Shown: positions 37,412-49,352 of the stretch, piece after piece
Numbering within the stretch: the first letter of the stretch is position 1
How the letters are laid out: each line of letters opens with the position of its first letter
From: Hydrolagus affinis
Lineage: Eukaryota
Assembly (NCBI GenBank): GCA_012026655.1
Contig: JAAILG010000015.1
Coordinates: 124,001 to 188,000, forward strand
Length of the DNA stretch: 64,000 nucleotides
Reading direction: 5' to 3'
The notes under the pieces: generated by a model
Databases searched by the model: none
Told to the model about the DNA's origin: nothing
What the model saw: only the letters and a program-made list of their open reading frames with translations
Program-made: the position numbers and the translations under genes

Positions 37412-38749
37412 GAATCTACCCAGACTCACAGTTTGGGTCTGCTTACTATGACAGGCAGGAATTAATTTGTTTGGATGTATTTTTTACTCAAATGGTTCAG
37501 AATAATCGGGCAAATCATGGCTTTTTCAGGCTACAAAATGGATATCCCAGAAGGGACCTTAAACAGGATTTTCAATGGGAATGAATATATAAACCCAGAA
37601 CAATCATTTTCGATGCACTGAGATAACAGAACAAGGGGATTCAGGTTTGAGAGTTGCAAAAGACAATTTCAGGATAGATACACGAAAATAAAGGGCATTC
37701 TTTGTTTGAACTTCTCTTGCGATCTCATGAACTATATAGAAAAAATCAAGCTTCACCATAATAACACATTTTTATTTCCTCATTGTTTATTTTACATTCA
37801 CAAAGCAGCTTGATGCTGTGAATGAGGGGATGGTAGGGTAGGTGATCGGGAAGGATGAAATCAAATGGGCCAAGTTCTGGTGAGAGCTTAAATCTCCAGC
37901 AGAAGATTGAGCTCTCCCTTGAGCTGTTCATGTGTGTGCAATGGCTGTGAATGGTTCCAGCATTTGCAAACCAAGAAAGTCTATTTGTTTTCTTTTCCAC
38001 TGAACACATTCAAGCAGAAGTAGAGCTGTATACATTAACTTCACCTGATGTGTTTTAATCCAACAGTTCACTGCTTAGTTTGAACAAAAAGGAGTGCAAT
38101 GGACATGATCACTCAATGCTTTGTCTCAATGTTCAATCCTCCTGTTCCATCAGTTCAACTATTTAGATGTAAATCTTCTTGTCCAAGTCTTGTGTCGGTG
38201 AATTCACTTTATGAAGAGTTTATCTGGAGTTCACTCACTCTTTTACAGTGGACGTTGATTGTCATGTAATAGCTGAATCTGTTTCAGGACACACAGCATA
38301 GTGTAATGAAAATCTGGACCCAAACTGGAAGTAGGGTCAATCATTTTAAAGGTGGATAAGAACCAACTCTGAAAATTGTGTGCACTTTGGAGATGGCTCC
38401 ATTTGCAGTAACAGAGATACAATTCTAAAACTGATGCTTAATTCATTTTTTGTTGTGAAACATACTATGTGATATTGTATAAAAGTGTGTTTATGTCTTT
38501 GGGGTTATTGGATTCGTCCCTGGAGACCGCACCATGATTAAAGTCATAAAAAAGATCTTCCAGGTCTCCAGCTTCTACCGAAGTCTATTCCATTCTGCAC
38601 TGGGGTAAATGGCATTCGAGGGGATGAAATGTTTGGCGGGCTATTGGTGGGACAGTCATGCTGGAATTAGGAAAGCGAGATGTGTCCCATAGGATTTATA
38701 GATGTTGTATTCATTTTATTAATTGCTCTGACACCTACTGTTTTTGTAG

Positions 38750-39510
38750 ATTTAGATTTAATAAGCAAATGCTGTATGATCTCCGTGATGAGCTAAAAGA
38801 TGATGTGTAGTGTCAGGATCACACCAATTAGGCCCTACAAGTGCCAGTGAAGGTGACTGCTGCGCTCAGTTCCTTTGCTACTGGCACCTTTCAGACCCCT
38901 ATCGGAGCAACTGTGGATGAGTCAGTCTGCAATGTCCAAAGTCATTTCTCAAATCGCTGCTCAGGAGGACATCGCTGTGTTAGCTTCCCAGCATATTGCA
39001 GCAACAGCGAAGGGGCATTATTTGTTATACCTGACTTCCCCAATGTCTTAGGTTCCATCAACTTTACCCATGTATCATCTGTGCACCCACTGAGAGTGTG
39101 CACATCTACTGCAACAGGAAAGGCTCCCATTCCATCAACGTACAAGTAGTGTGCGATGCCAAAAATATTATCACGGATGTGAATGCTAATTACCCTAGCA
39201 GCACCCACGACTCTTATCTTTGCCAATTTCAGGGTAGACTGGAGGTTTCGGAAGGAGAATTGAGTGGTTGGAGGACTGCTAGGTAAGACATTAACTTACA
39301 GATCCCATGGTTCATGTTCTCTGTCTGTTGTTTTTAATTACCACCACGCTCGCCTTCACAGGTGATAGTGGCTATGGTTTGAAGTCATGGCGCGTAGCAG
39401 CCGCTATGCCAATTCCTGAGAATGTGCACCAGAATGTACACCAGCGAGATATGCTGGGTGTAGCCTGCCGCAAGGCAGCAGCCAGCCACATAGTTGAGAC
39501 ACTTTAAATG
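38750..39510 (+). pseudogene. Decayed PIF/Harbinger DDE transposase (HARBI1-like) with GT-AG intron 39283-39361
   Basis: FRFNKQMLYDL...VPVKVTAALSSFATGTFQ...SQSAMSKVI...FPNVLGSINFTHV...YCNRKGSHSINVQVVCDAKNIITDVNANYPSSTHDS...LLG/DSGYGLKSW; in-frame stops and frameshifts; Asn at the first catalytic Asp (G.IDxTH). Confidence 0.92.
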
Positions 39511-40946
39511 TAAAATATTGATGGTTTGGGTGAGTGGGGCAAGGGAGGGGGGTGGGGGGGAGGGGGTGTGGAATGGGAGGAGGGAGTATGGGTGAGCACA
39601 ATAACTGCCTCAAGGGAGGCTGGGATTATGGTGTGCTTCTGTTGCCCCTGACACAACTTGGGAACATTTCAGGCGATGAATATCACCAATGGCGGCAGAT
39701 GATGGAGCCAGCTAATGAAGAAGAACGTGATGAAGAACAAGACTGCGTTGATAAAACCATTCCTGGTGCTCATTTTATCGCAAGAGATACTGAGCCTTGT
39801 AACTTGAACTGCGGTAGTCAACACACATTGAGTTAGTGCATTAAAGAACTGAATGCACTTCTTAAAGCCAAGAAAGAAAATACTGTTTTACTATTTTTCG
39901 ATCCATTCTCTTTAATCCTATGTGGATTCACAGGGATTCCTTTTAAGATAATGTTCCGTGAACTACTGTTGGAAAAAACTGCAATGTGTATGAGGTTTTC
40001 CCCCAGATCCTTTGTCTCTTCTTCCAACATCTATGTTTCGTGTTTGCAGCACTGAATACCTGCTGCATAATGGCTAAGAAAAGATAATATTAAAAAAACC
40101 ATTGACTATATAATCTTAAAGAATTGAAAATGTCTCACATTCAGTTGAAGACAATTATTCAATCTCCAAGTTATGTTGACATAGAACAATTCGATTGAAT
40201 TACTGCCTTGTAGCTCACAGCAAGTCATTTATTATCCTGCATGTAATTCACAACAGAAAAATGTTGTTAGCATAAATTGAATGAAAATTCACTACCAACC
40301 CATTATGTAAACATGGTATAATTAAGTAAAGATTCCAGTATGAAAAATTACATACAACTCACCTAGGAATTTGGAGACTTCGTAATACGATTACACTTAG
40401 TTTCCTCAAAGCTCTAATCCTGAATTGTCTATGTATCACTTAGTTGTGACATATTTTCTACCAATTATTTGACAAAGAATGAAACTCTTTCCTGGTATAC
40501 AGATTGTGATTCATTCCCTTATATTCACTTATGTGACCCATATTTAATGTTTGAGTGCCCATACATGTGGGGGTGTTATATCTGTGTGCTTGTAATAGAT
40601 AGAAATCAGATGGTAGTTGTGTGTGGAAACATGACTTGAATGTTCTCATTCAGTTCTCAATCTGAGTTACAAGCTTTATTTGATACTAAGAAGAGGTTTC
40701 TAAGTCAGTTCTAAACATGGTTTGAGTAGCCTGCAAATAGATAAGACCAGCATAGAGACTCTACGTATGTAGCTTATTATTATGGCCTATACACAATAAA
40801 ATAACACTGTGCAGAAATACTTTCGTGCTCATTTCTCTGTGTTCTCTAATCTGAACCGAAAGAAAATCAAGTTTCTGTTCCGCTAATTTCTTATTCTGCC
40901 TTTCATCCTACTCATTTGGCATCAATGAAGCAGGCAATGGTTTGCT

Positions 40947-40997
40947 TTATGTGTGCATGAATTAAACATAGTACTTATGTGTGCATGAATTAAACAT
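40947..40997. repeat. 23-bp direct repeat, period 28
   Basis: ttatgtgtgcatgaattaaacat at 40947-40969 and 40975-40997. Confidence 0.9.
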
Positions 40998-42894
40998 TTC
41001 AGAACATGCAAAATGACCAGTTAGTAACAGCAGTGAGAATTAACTGGAGACCACGATACTCACAACAGGAAGCTATTCTCGTGTCCAATGGTGCTATAGC
41101 TAAACTTCAGAGAATCGCATAAACTTCCATTGCCCTGCAACATTTATGGAATTGATGGCATAGGCTTGCGAGTTCTCTTCTGCAAAACGTAGTGACTATT
41201 TATTTATCAGGAGGCAACACAGTGGCAAAGTACAATAATTTAGGTTTATAGTTAATTACCTTGGCCACAAAGGAAAGTTAAAGATGGTTCAGAGAAGCTC
41301 CAGCTCTGAAGGGAACCCATAGCTATGTTCTGAAGAATCCTGAAGAAGCGACGGCTGATTTTTATGTTGACTAGACAGAGAGAGAGGGAGAGACAAAGCT
41401 TAATGTTTACTTTGAGGTTGGCTGACAGTATAAAGCATATACTGACACATTGAAAGCTTTGGAGTTGAAGTGACTGTAAAAGAAGCATGTTGGAATCTTT
41501 CAGCCTGGATTAGGTGATGTAAATTAAAATAATGCTGACATTCAGGAAATGTGGAAGTGAAGGAACCATAGTGGCTCTTTTGATCATTGAAAGGTTCATA
41601 CCTTCAGTACAATTTTTTTTAAAAATATCAAATGTGCAGATACAAGTGTAAAGCCTCCACCATACCTGATCAAATGGACAGCTGTATTATTTGCAGCTTG
41701 ATTTCAGTGGGTCGTTATAGAAAAGGTCACAAGTCCTGGCTACCATTTACCAGCTGAGGTGCACAGAAACAGGCTTCGAACTTACTCTGAGATTGTTAAT
41801 CTTTAACACATAACTGCAGACTCAGCCACTGCACTACGCAATGTCAATGCAGACAACACTAATCTCAAATGATATTCAGCCGGCCCCTCCCCTGCTCATG
41901 TGGCCTCAAAGAGGCTCTTTTACTCCAAATGTTCAGTTTGCTAATAACTCTTAACACTCCATGAAAACCACCTTCAACTAAGACTTTCTTGAATGCCCTT
42001 CCAATGTTAAAATGACCAAACAGTATTCACCACCTTAAACATCTCTCAGCAATGCTGGGAAAAGCACAAAACAAAGAGACAGCTCCAACAATGTAACTAG
42101 CTGACACTACGTGATACTAAAGAAGATTTGCATGCCTCTAACCCAAAATATAATGCCATGGTGTAATAATTCTGCACTGGTTACATTGTTGTGCATTACT
42201 CAACAGCATTAGCAACAGATTGCGGTTCCAACTCTATTTACAACAAGAATAAAATCTTGGCGATAGAATGTTGTCTGTCGAGATCAGTACGTATATTTTT
42301 CAGTGTCTGCTCTGCAGAGGAGCGGATGAAAATAATGTTTTCTTCACTACAGGGGGCCTTCCTATTAAGAGGCTTCTGCCTTAATTGGACTCCACTCTAC
42401 TTCCTGACATTGAAATAGGTTTCTATAATCATGATTAAAACCTCACGTCAATGTTGCAGAGACTTGCAGAAAGCAATTCTTCAAGGTCTGACACTAATAG
42501 TGCAATTTGTTTACACAGGGTATAATCATTGGTAAAACAAAACACAGGAAGCATATAAACACACTGTGCCGAGGAAGGTGCAAATAGTCTCTGGTCTATG
42601 ATACTCCATTGCAATCCAACTAGAATATGTTTGTCTAACTAGAGCGCAGGTGGGTGGGGGTGGATGAGATGATAGACGGCAGTATGCTTTGTAAGAGAAG
42701 TAGGGAAAATGGGGTCCCAGTGGCTTTCAATTCGAGAAGCTTGCTGGATGAAGGTGAACGCATGCGATTCTGAAACCCCAAATGTGCAATAACAGGTCTG
42801 CAGAAAAGATGAATAGGCATTGTGGCGATCATAGGTGGACTTAGAATCCCAAATACCTGGTAAACTGACCAATGGCTGACGTCATCTTTTACTA

Positions 42895-43050
42895 GAATAA
42901 TAAGTAATGAAGATAACAATCCTTCGATTTGATGTAGCATCTATAATCTTTATCATTTCAGAGCGGATCATGGCTACTCGTTGCAGATGTAGTGACTGTA
43001 CTTGTAGGCAAACATAGCAGCCAATTTGCACACAAAAAATTTGCACATAC
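42895..43050 (-). mobile_element. SINE 3' fragment
   Basis: aacaatccttcgatttgatgtagca...gtgactgtacttgtaggcaaacatagcagccaatttgcacaca. Confidence 0.65.
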
Positions 43051-43652
43051 AGGTCCAATTTATCTGCGGAATTTTTGGCTAAAGCAGTTAAACTTCCTTC
43101 TCTTTTCAAATCATGCTACATGTTCTTTAACCTACCCCCGAACAGACAAGCAAGACCTTGGTTTAACTATATAGCATGTAGTATAGAATATTATTTTCAA
43201 TAAAGATTTCCATATCAGTATAATTTAAACAAGGATGGAATTCTACTGTCACTTCCTGGACGGAATGGATTGTACACAGAACAAAGCAATGATGGTTTTA
43301 TGATTAAGTTACATTAAGATTTACTTCAATAAAGCAAGCTGAAAGATTAAAGAAATATCATTTCAACATCTGTGTTATCGCAGCAAGCTCAGCAAAATAG
43401 CACCAACATCAATTGACAGCATCAGGCGTAACTCAGCTCACTGTTGCAGAAAGTCTTGCATGTCTCGATCCCAGTAATAGGCAGTGTTTCAGCATGATAC
43501 CTGAACTGAAATGATGGGATGAAGCAACCTGGAGTAAATATATTCTCTTCCCAAACTTTCCTTTATCTGAAGCAAAGTGGCATGGAAATGAATTGGGCAG
43601 ACGGTGATGGGGAGATTTTTTACATCAGCGAATTTGGTCTTAATATTGGCCA

Positions 43653-43765
43653 TAATATAATAATCCTTGCATTTGATAAGCGCCTTATTATGTCTTCGAG
43701 ACACCTCAAAGTGCTTCACAAAATATACTGTAAAGTGAATCAACTGTATGTTTTGTGGGCGAAAC
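43653..43765 (-). mobile_element. SINE 3' fragment
   Basis: ataataatccttgcatttgataagcgccttattatgtcttcgagacacctcaaagtgcttcacaaaatatactgtaaagtgaatcaactgtatgttttgtgggcgaa. Confidence 0.85.
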
Positions 43766-45084
43766 TGAAATGGAATTTGTGGTGACAGTAACCACCTGAT
43801 AACTTGACCCTGGCTTAGCTTGTCCCTACCACTTAAGTCACCATGTTGACAATATCTCGGCCACATTTATTTATATGATTATACAAACTCCTAGCGCCTG
43901 ATAAGACGTCACTGAACACTTTTGCCTTGGAGAGACGAGTTATCAGGATTTCACTCTGTATGATGAATTCTTAAGTGAAGTGCATGTTGCTTCATAAATC
44001 ACAGGCAGCAGAAGATGTGGTTAAGTCTTTCCACTGCTCTATCATGGTACTGGATAACTTTATTACAATGTTCAAAAGTTACTGTAGCACGGAAAGCAAG
44101 GCGACACTTTCCTTGTTATATTATCTGTTAATATATTTATGTGAAGGTACATAGCAGCTGTGCTTGCAGCATTCATAAGTATAATCACATAATCTGCTTC
44201 AGAAAGCATGTGTGTGTGTGGCTTCCCAGAGCTATTTAATGGACAAGCGTGCTCACAGGCCAGTCATAAACTATTAAGTCATTGTGTGGTACTAACTTTG
44301 TAGAATCCTATCTTCACCATTAAAGGCAAGCTTGCTTGTGTTTTTTTTAATATAATGGGCAGGCTGGCTGGCAGCCCATGCAAGTACATTGAGGATACTT
44401 GATGGTACTGAATTATTCTGCATCTGAGGAGAACAAAATAAATCACGACCGGAACAGATGTAAGTGATTTGTGAAGGTCTCCTTCATGTGTGTGGATTAA
44501 ATTTGTCATTCAATGGCTCACTATCCAAAACTTGCTTTCCACATCAAATCTTTTCTGGTGCACAGCGATCAGCTGTGAATTTGAATAATTTGTGGTTTGT
44601 ATCATAGTATAATGAGAGAGAAGGTCCCAGTAGATCACAAACAGAGTGCAGCCTCCAATTTCTTATTGTGTTACTGTGCTTTTTTTACTCCATGCAGTTT
44701 GTGTTCCCTGAGTTCTGTGCCTCAGGATTTGCCAACTTGATTCTAATAAATCTTGCATTGGAATTCAATGTACCAGGGCTATGCTGGGTCTTTGAATGAA
44801 CGATCGGTTCACATCCATTTACTTGCCTTTGCCCGCTATATAGACAGAAGTGACATGTCTCATCCACAATATCAGAGCTTTTACAAGAGTCAAGTACACT
44901 GAATCCCACACAAGGAGCTCTGAAATATAATATACTGGATTTCATGTCCAAAGGTATCATGCAGATTGTTTGAGGGATGCAGTATACTCATTAAACGATC
45001 CAGCTAACAAAATGGCATTGGATTATGCAGTACAATGAATAAAAGGAGCACAGAAGCAATCTACGTTTGACTGACACTAAAATG

Positions 45085-45190
45085 TCATGCTTGTCGGTGG
45101 TCGTCTTGCCTCTGAGGCACTAAATTGTAGGTTCAAGCTTCATGCCAGGACTTGGAATGCTTATAATCCACACTGGCACTCCAGTGCGAG
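45085..45190 (+). mobile_element. SacSINE1-like head fragment
   Basis: cttgcctctgag...gtaggttcaagc...ccaggacttg...ataatccacactggcactccagtgc. Confidence 0.55.
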
Positions 45191-46262
45191 ACCACATCTC
45201 CCATTATAATTACCAAGCCACAGCTAGAGTTTTGTGAGTCAATTTGACTTACAAGGTCTGAGTTAGCAGTTTACATCACCAAGCGTTTTGCTTTGATGTC
45301 ATTCTTTTTGTTAAACTGTGCAATTTAAAGAACAACATTTCCATATGTCTGATTATTTTTCTAGTTTTATCCCAATTCTTTGCCTCTGTTCCTGGTCCCC
45401 AGCCTACTCTTGCTAGGCTGTGGTTCTACAGACACTGATGGCCACTATATCCCGCTTGGTTACTATATATACAACAACAGTGAATTGCATTCATATAGCA
45501 CCTTACACAGTGGGAGGACATCCCAACGATCACTTCATGGCCCATTGACCCCTCCACATGTAAACAAGGCTGCGACCAGCAAACATAGCACGGACCAGGA
45601 TTCGAACTAGTGAGATGTTTTGCTTATAAGCTGCATCTCTAATCACTGCATCATTGGGACCGCCCCGTCACAAGCCTTTCAAAGTTCTAACCAGCTCAAC
45701 TTAAGCACAGAACCACAATGAAAGCTTTCCAAGGATTGCAATGTGTAATTGACTCATTTGGTCTGGTGTGATGTTTTTCTCTCAGCTTGGCCTACTTGTG
45801 AGGCATTATAGATTGACCATTTCTGCCAGAATGATAGCCCTGCGTCAAGAGAGCTTAAGCTGTTATCATAATGTTGCACAGACAGTTTGCTGATGGCCTG
45901 CTTTTTTGTTCTGAAACGTTCTAAGTGCCAAGGCTGACTCAGGACATGCAATGAAAAAAATTTTCAGCCCAAGAACTGGATGGAACATTGCTACTTCTGG
46001 CCACTTAAACTAATTGATTTATTTCTCTTTACAAGGCGCTGGCTGGGTCGCAAGTCAAATATTTTAAGCACATGTGTTTGCAGCTGAGATATTAAGCTGC
46101 TGCTCAAACTGTCTCAATCTTCATCTGAATACTGATTGTATTGCCATGAATAAATTGGGACAATCATATTTTACCCTTGAAAATATACATCCAATTAAAC
46201 AGCCGTCATTGTCTAAATGCTGATCTTGAGGATGAGCATTTTAAACTTCTCATAAAACTGGG

Positions 46263-46510
46263 TATAATAATAATAATAATAATGAATGCATTTGATATAG
46301 CGCTTTTCACGTCTTCTAGATGTCTCAAAACGCTTCACAGAATTGACTGTACATTTGTGAGCAAAACGCGGCAGTCAATTGCACACAGCAGTGTCCCAAC
46401 AAACAGACATGGATTGAAAGGACCAATTTATTATGTTTTTTTTCTTCTGTAGTGGTTATTATCAGGCGTGCGGAATAAGGAAACTTGCCCAAGGTTTCAC
46501 TCTGCCTGGA
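46263..46510 (-). mobile_element. tRNA-derived SINE (short form), 5'-truncated in the T-arm
   Basis: (taa)n tgcatttgatatagcgcttttcacgtcttctagatgtctcaaaacgcttcacaga...aaggaaacttgcccaaggtttcactctgcctgga. Confidence 0.9.
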
Positions 46511-46694
46511 ATGATAGCCCTGCGGCAAGAGAGCTTAAGCTGCAATCATAATGTTGCAGCTCGCACTCCAAGGTAGAAAGGCACTTCAAGCAGTCACCAG
46601 TACCTGAAATGGTCCCTATCCCAGCCAACAATCCTCCAGCTAAATTGATTATTCACTTCATGACTATTTGTCGGGCCTTGCTGTTTGAGACATT

Positions 46695-46985
46695 AGGAGG
46701 ACATCTCAAAGTGTTTTACAGGATTTTCCGAGAATGTGTATAGTTTGTGTAGGCAAATGTAGTAACCAATTTTCCCATGGCAATGTCTCACATGAAGCAA
46801 ATGCCCCAATTTTAATTTTAGGATTGTCGGCTAGGACATCAGGAGAAACTTTCCATTCCCTTTTCAAATAGTGCCACAGAATCTTTAGTATCCACCCAAA
46901 TAGGCAGATGGGATCTTGCTTTAATATCTCTCTCCGCTGAAGGAAAGCACTTTCAACAATGCAGCAGACCCATTGAACTACAAGT
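46695..46985 (-). mobile_element. Old SacSINE1/Deu-like SINE
   Basis: ggctaggacatcaggagaaact...aaatagtgccacagaatctttagtatccaccc...ggcagatgggatcttgctttaatatctc. Confidence 0.75.
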
Positions 46986-47473
46986 AGGTTTCTGCTTATA
47001 TTCCCTAATAACAACGGAGAGAAGAGATTTGTTAGCAACGAGGAATGACTGTGGCTCCTGTGTATTTATTCTCTGTTAAGAGCAAGGGCTAACAGTTTCT
47101 CATGTTCCCCTGCAGTATTGGTATTTGATTTCCTTGCAAGTCTCTCAATGGAGCTCAGGAATTTTCTCCGGCAACCTGAAGGAAAAGCATTCATCTGCAG
47201 GGGTTTGTTGAAAAAGAATTGATCATGTTTCTGGACGGAGAAGAAAAGCTATTGCTAATGGGTTTGCTGCTGCCCTGTGCATGTTTGCTTGTTTGTGTGC
47301 CTTTCAAACGAGGGCTGGATTGGAAGTTTAAGTGCTCTGAACATAAAGGGGCCTAAAGTGCAATGTTCAGAAAAGGAAATTGTCCCACGTCCTGCTGGGT
47401 CCCATCTCCTGTAAGTGCAATTTGCATCAGAATAGAACTTAAGGCTTATAAATGCACATTCCAAGGCTGGCAT

Positions 47474-47600
47474 ATAATAACAACAATAATGATCCTTGCA
47501 TTTGATATAGCATCTTATCACATTGTTGAGATGTCGCAAAGTACTTCACAAGGGTATGCTGTAAATTGGTTTAACTGTATAGTTTTTGGACAAAACACAT
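47474..47600 (-). mobile_element. SINE 3' fragment
   Basis: aataatgatccttgcatttgatatagcatcttatcacattgttgagatgtcgcaaagtacttcaca. Confidence 0.8.
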
Positions 47601-48356
47601 GTTAAATTTTCTTAATAAGGAAACCATATAAATACAGCTCAAAATACATTTTTAAACGTTTTGAAAAGGGGCAAATGTGGGTTGCTTTATTGTTTAAATT
47701 CACTTTACAACTAGTCAAATTCAATGCTATAGTGGAATTACAGCTCTGCTCTTCTTCATTTTCTGATATGCATCCATTTTATGTTTTGTGACATATGCGT
47801 AAGCTAAGCAACTGAGACATCGAGAGTTCAAAGAAGGTGTCTGCCAGGATAAGGAGAGATGATGAGCAAATGAACACCATGCATTATACTGTAAGTCTCA
47901 GCTGCTTCAGCAGAAACCTACCCAATGCGATTTATCCTCTCCAAACTCTACTTGTGCAAAACTTTCTAAAATGACATTGCATATCTTCAAACAACAAGGT
48001 TACACAAGTTTTTTTTACTGAAAGTTGGAGTATGGTGGGAGTGTTGGCAACTAGGTTGATTTAATGGTCCAGTAGTTTAAGGCAATGTCTCTGTCTTTGC
48101 TTGCATTCCATGCATGAATTAGTTTGCATTTAACCCTAGTAGATATAAAATGCACTACGACAATTTTTGGCAGTGCAATAAAGAGAAGAGCCATGTTCTT
48201 TGGGCGTCATGGGAAATTACCTAACTATCAGGGTGTACAAATTCGCAAGGCTATGGAGAGAGCACGGGGGAGTGGGATTAATTTGGACATCTCTTTCAAG
48301 AGCACATTCATTTGTATCTAAAGTTACTAGGTGTTTCTGCCTCCTATCTCCCCTCC

Positions 48357-48380
48357 CACACACACACACACACACACACA
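48357..48380. repeat. (CA)n microsatellite
   Basis: Seen directly. Confidence 0.9.
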
Positions 48381-49041
48381 ATTTTGTACTCAGTACCGAG
48401 GGAAGCGCACCTGAAATGCAAAGTTCATCTGAACCCACTGTTGGCACGTCGGCAATGAAATGATTAACAAATCTCTGCAAGAACACTCGGTTTTTCAGAA
48501 GTCTCTAAAGAAGCTGACCTAAAAGCCAAAAAATGTTCAGTGCATCCATCTTCCGTTGCATGAATATCTGCTGACAGATCTGTGGATTTTGCTATTGCAT
48601 TGAGATATAAAAGGACAAAAGGTGCATCTCTTGAGACCCCAGAGATTTCTCAAACAAAATAATATGCTATCCGCTAAAAAAGCCTCCTTCTAAAGACCGT
48701 GCTCTCTTGAAGATAAAATAATCCATCAAGGAGTTCTCCTCCTCTGGAATACATATGGGAGTGGAACGTAAATGTGCTGATCTTTGACCAATTCAGAGAT
48801 CATTCTATCAACTCTGACCTTGGCAAAGTATAAAATTCTCATCTGATGTTCAGCTTTATAAGACAATGGAGGAACGCTACCCCATTTTGTTTTCTGACTA
48901 ATGTGACAAGCTACCACAAGCTTGCTGCGTGTTCCCCGATCCCTCTGCACTACAATTGGTAGCCATGTCTTCAACCCTACACTTCTAATCTCCCAAACTT
49001 CCTGCCTCTACCCCTCTGTCTCACACTCTCTTTATCTGTGA

Positions 49042-49352
49042 AGTCCTGCAGCTCAGTGGTTAGAGCACTCGCCTTACAAACTCGAGACCTGTGTTTCGAA
49101 TCCAGGCAGGGCGAAACCTTGGGCAAGTTTCCTTACTCCACATGACTAATAATAATCCCTCAAAAAAAAAGAACAATGATAAATTGGTCACTCAATCCAC
49201 GACTGTTTGTGGCACACTGCTGTGTGCAATTGGCTGCCGGTTTCGCCCACAAATATACAATCAATTTACTTTACAGTATATTCTGTCAAGTGCTTTAAGA
49301 CGTCTAGAAGACGTGAAAAGCGCTATATCAAATGCGAAGGATTATTATTATT
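49042..49352 (+). mobile_element. tRNA-derived SINE, full length (short form), apparently inserted in an old L2 3' relic
   Basis: agtcctgcagctcagtggttagagcactcgcc...gtttcgaatccaggcagggcgaaaccttgggcaagtttccttactccacatgactaataataatccc...gtgaaaagcgctatatcaaatgcgaaggattattatta; flanks ctcccaaacttcctgcctct and cttaagaactacctcttcgacca are L2-like. Confidence 0.95.

Noticed and set aside
38750-39510. Functional HARBI1 host gene
   Set aside because: In-frame stops, frameshifts, catalytic Asp replaced and C-terminal catalytic region missing
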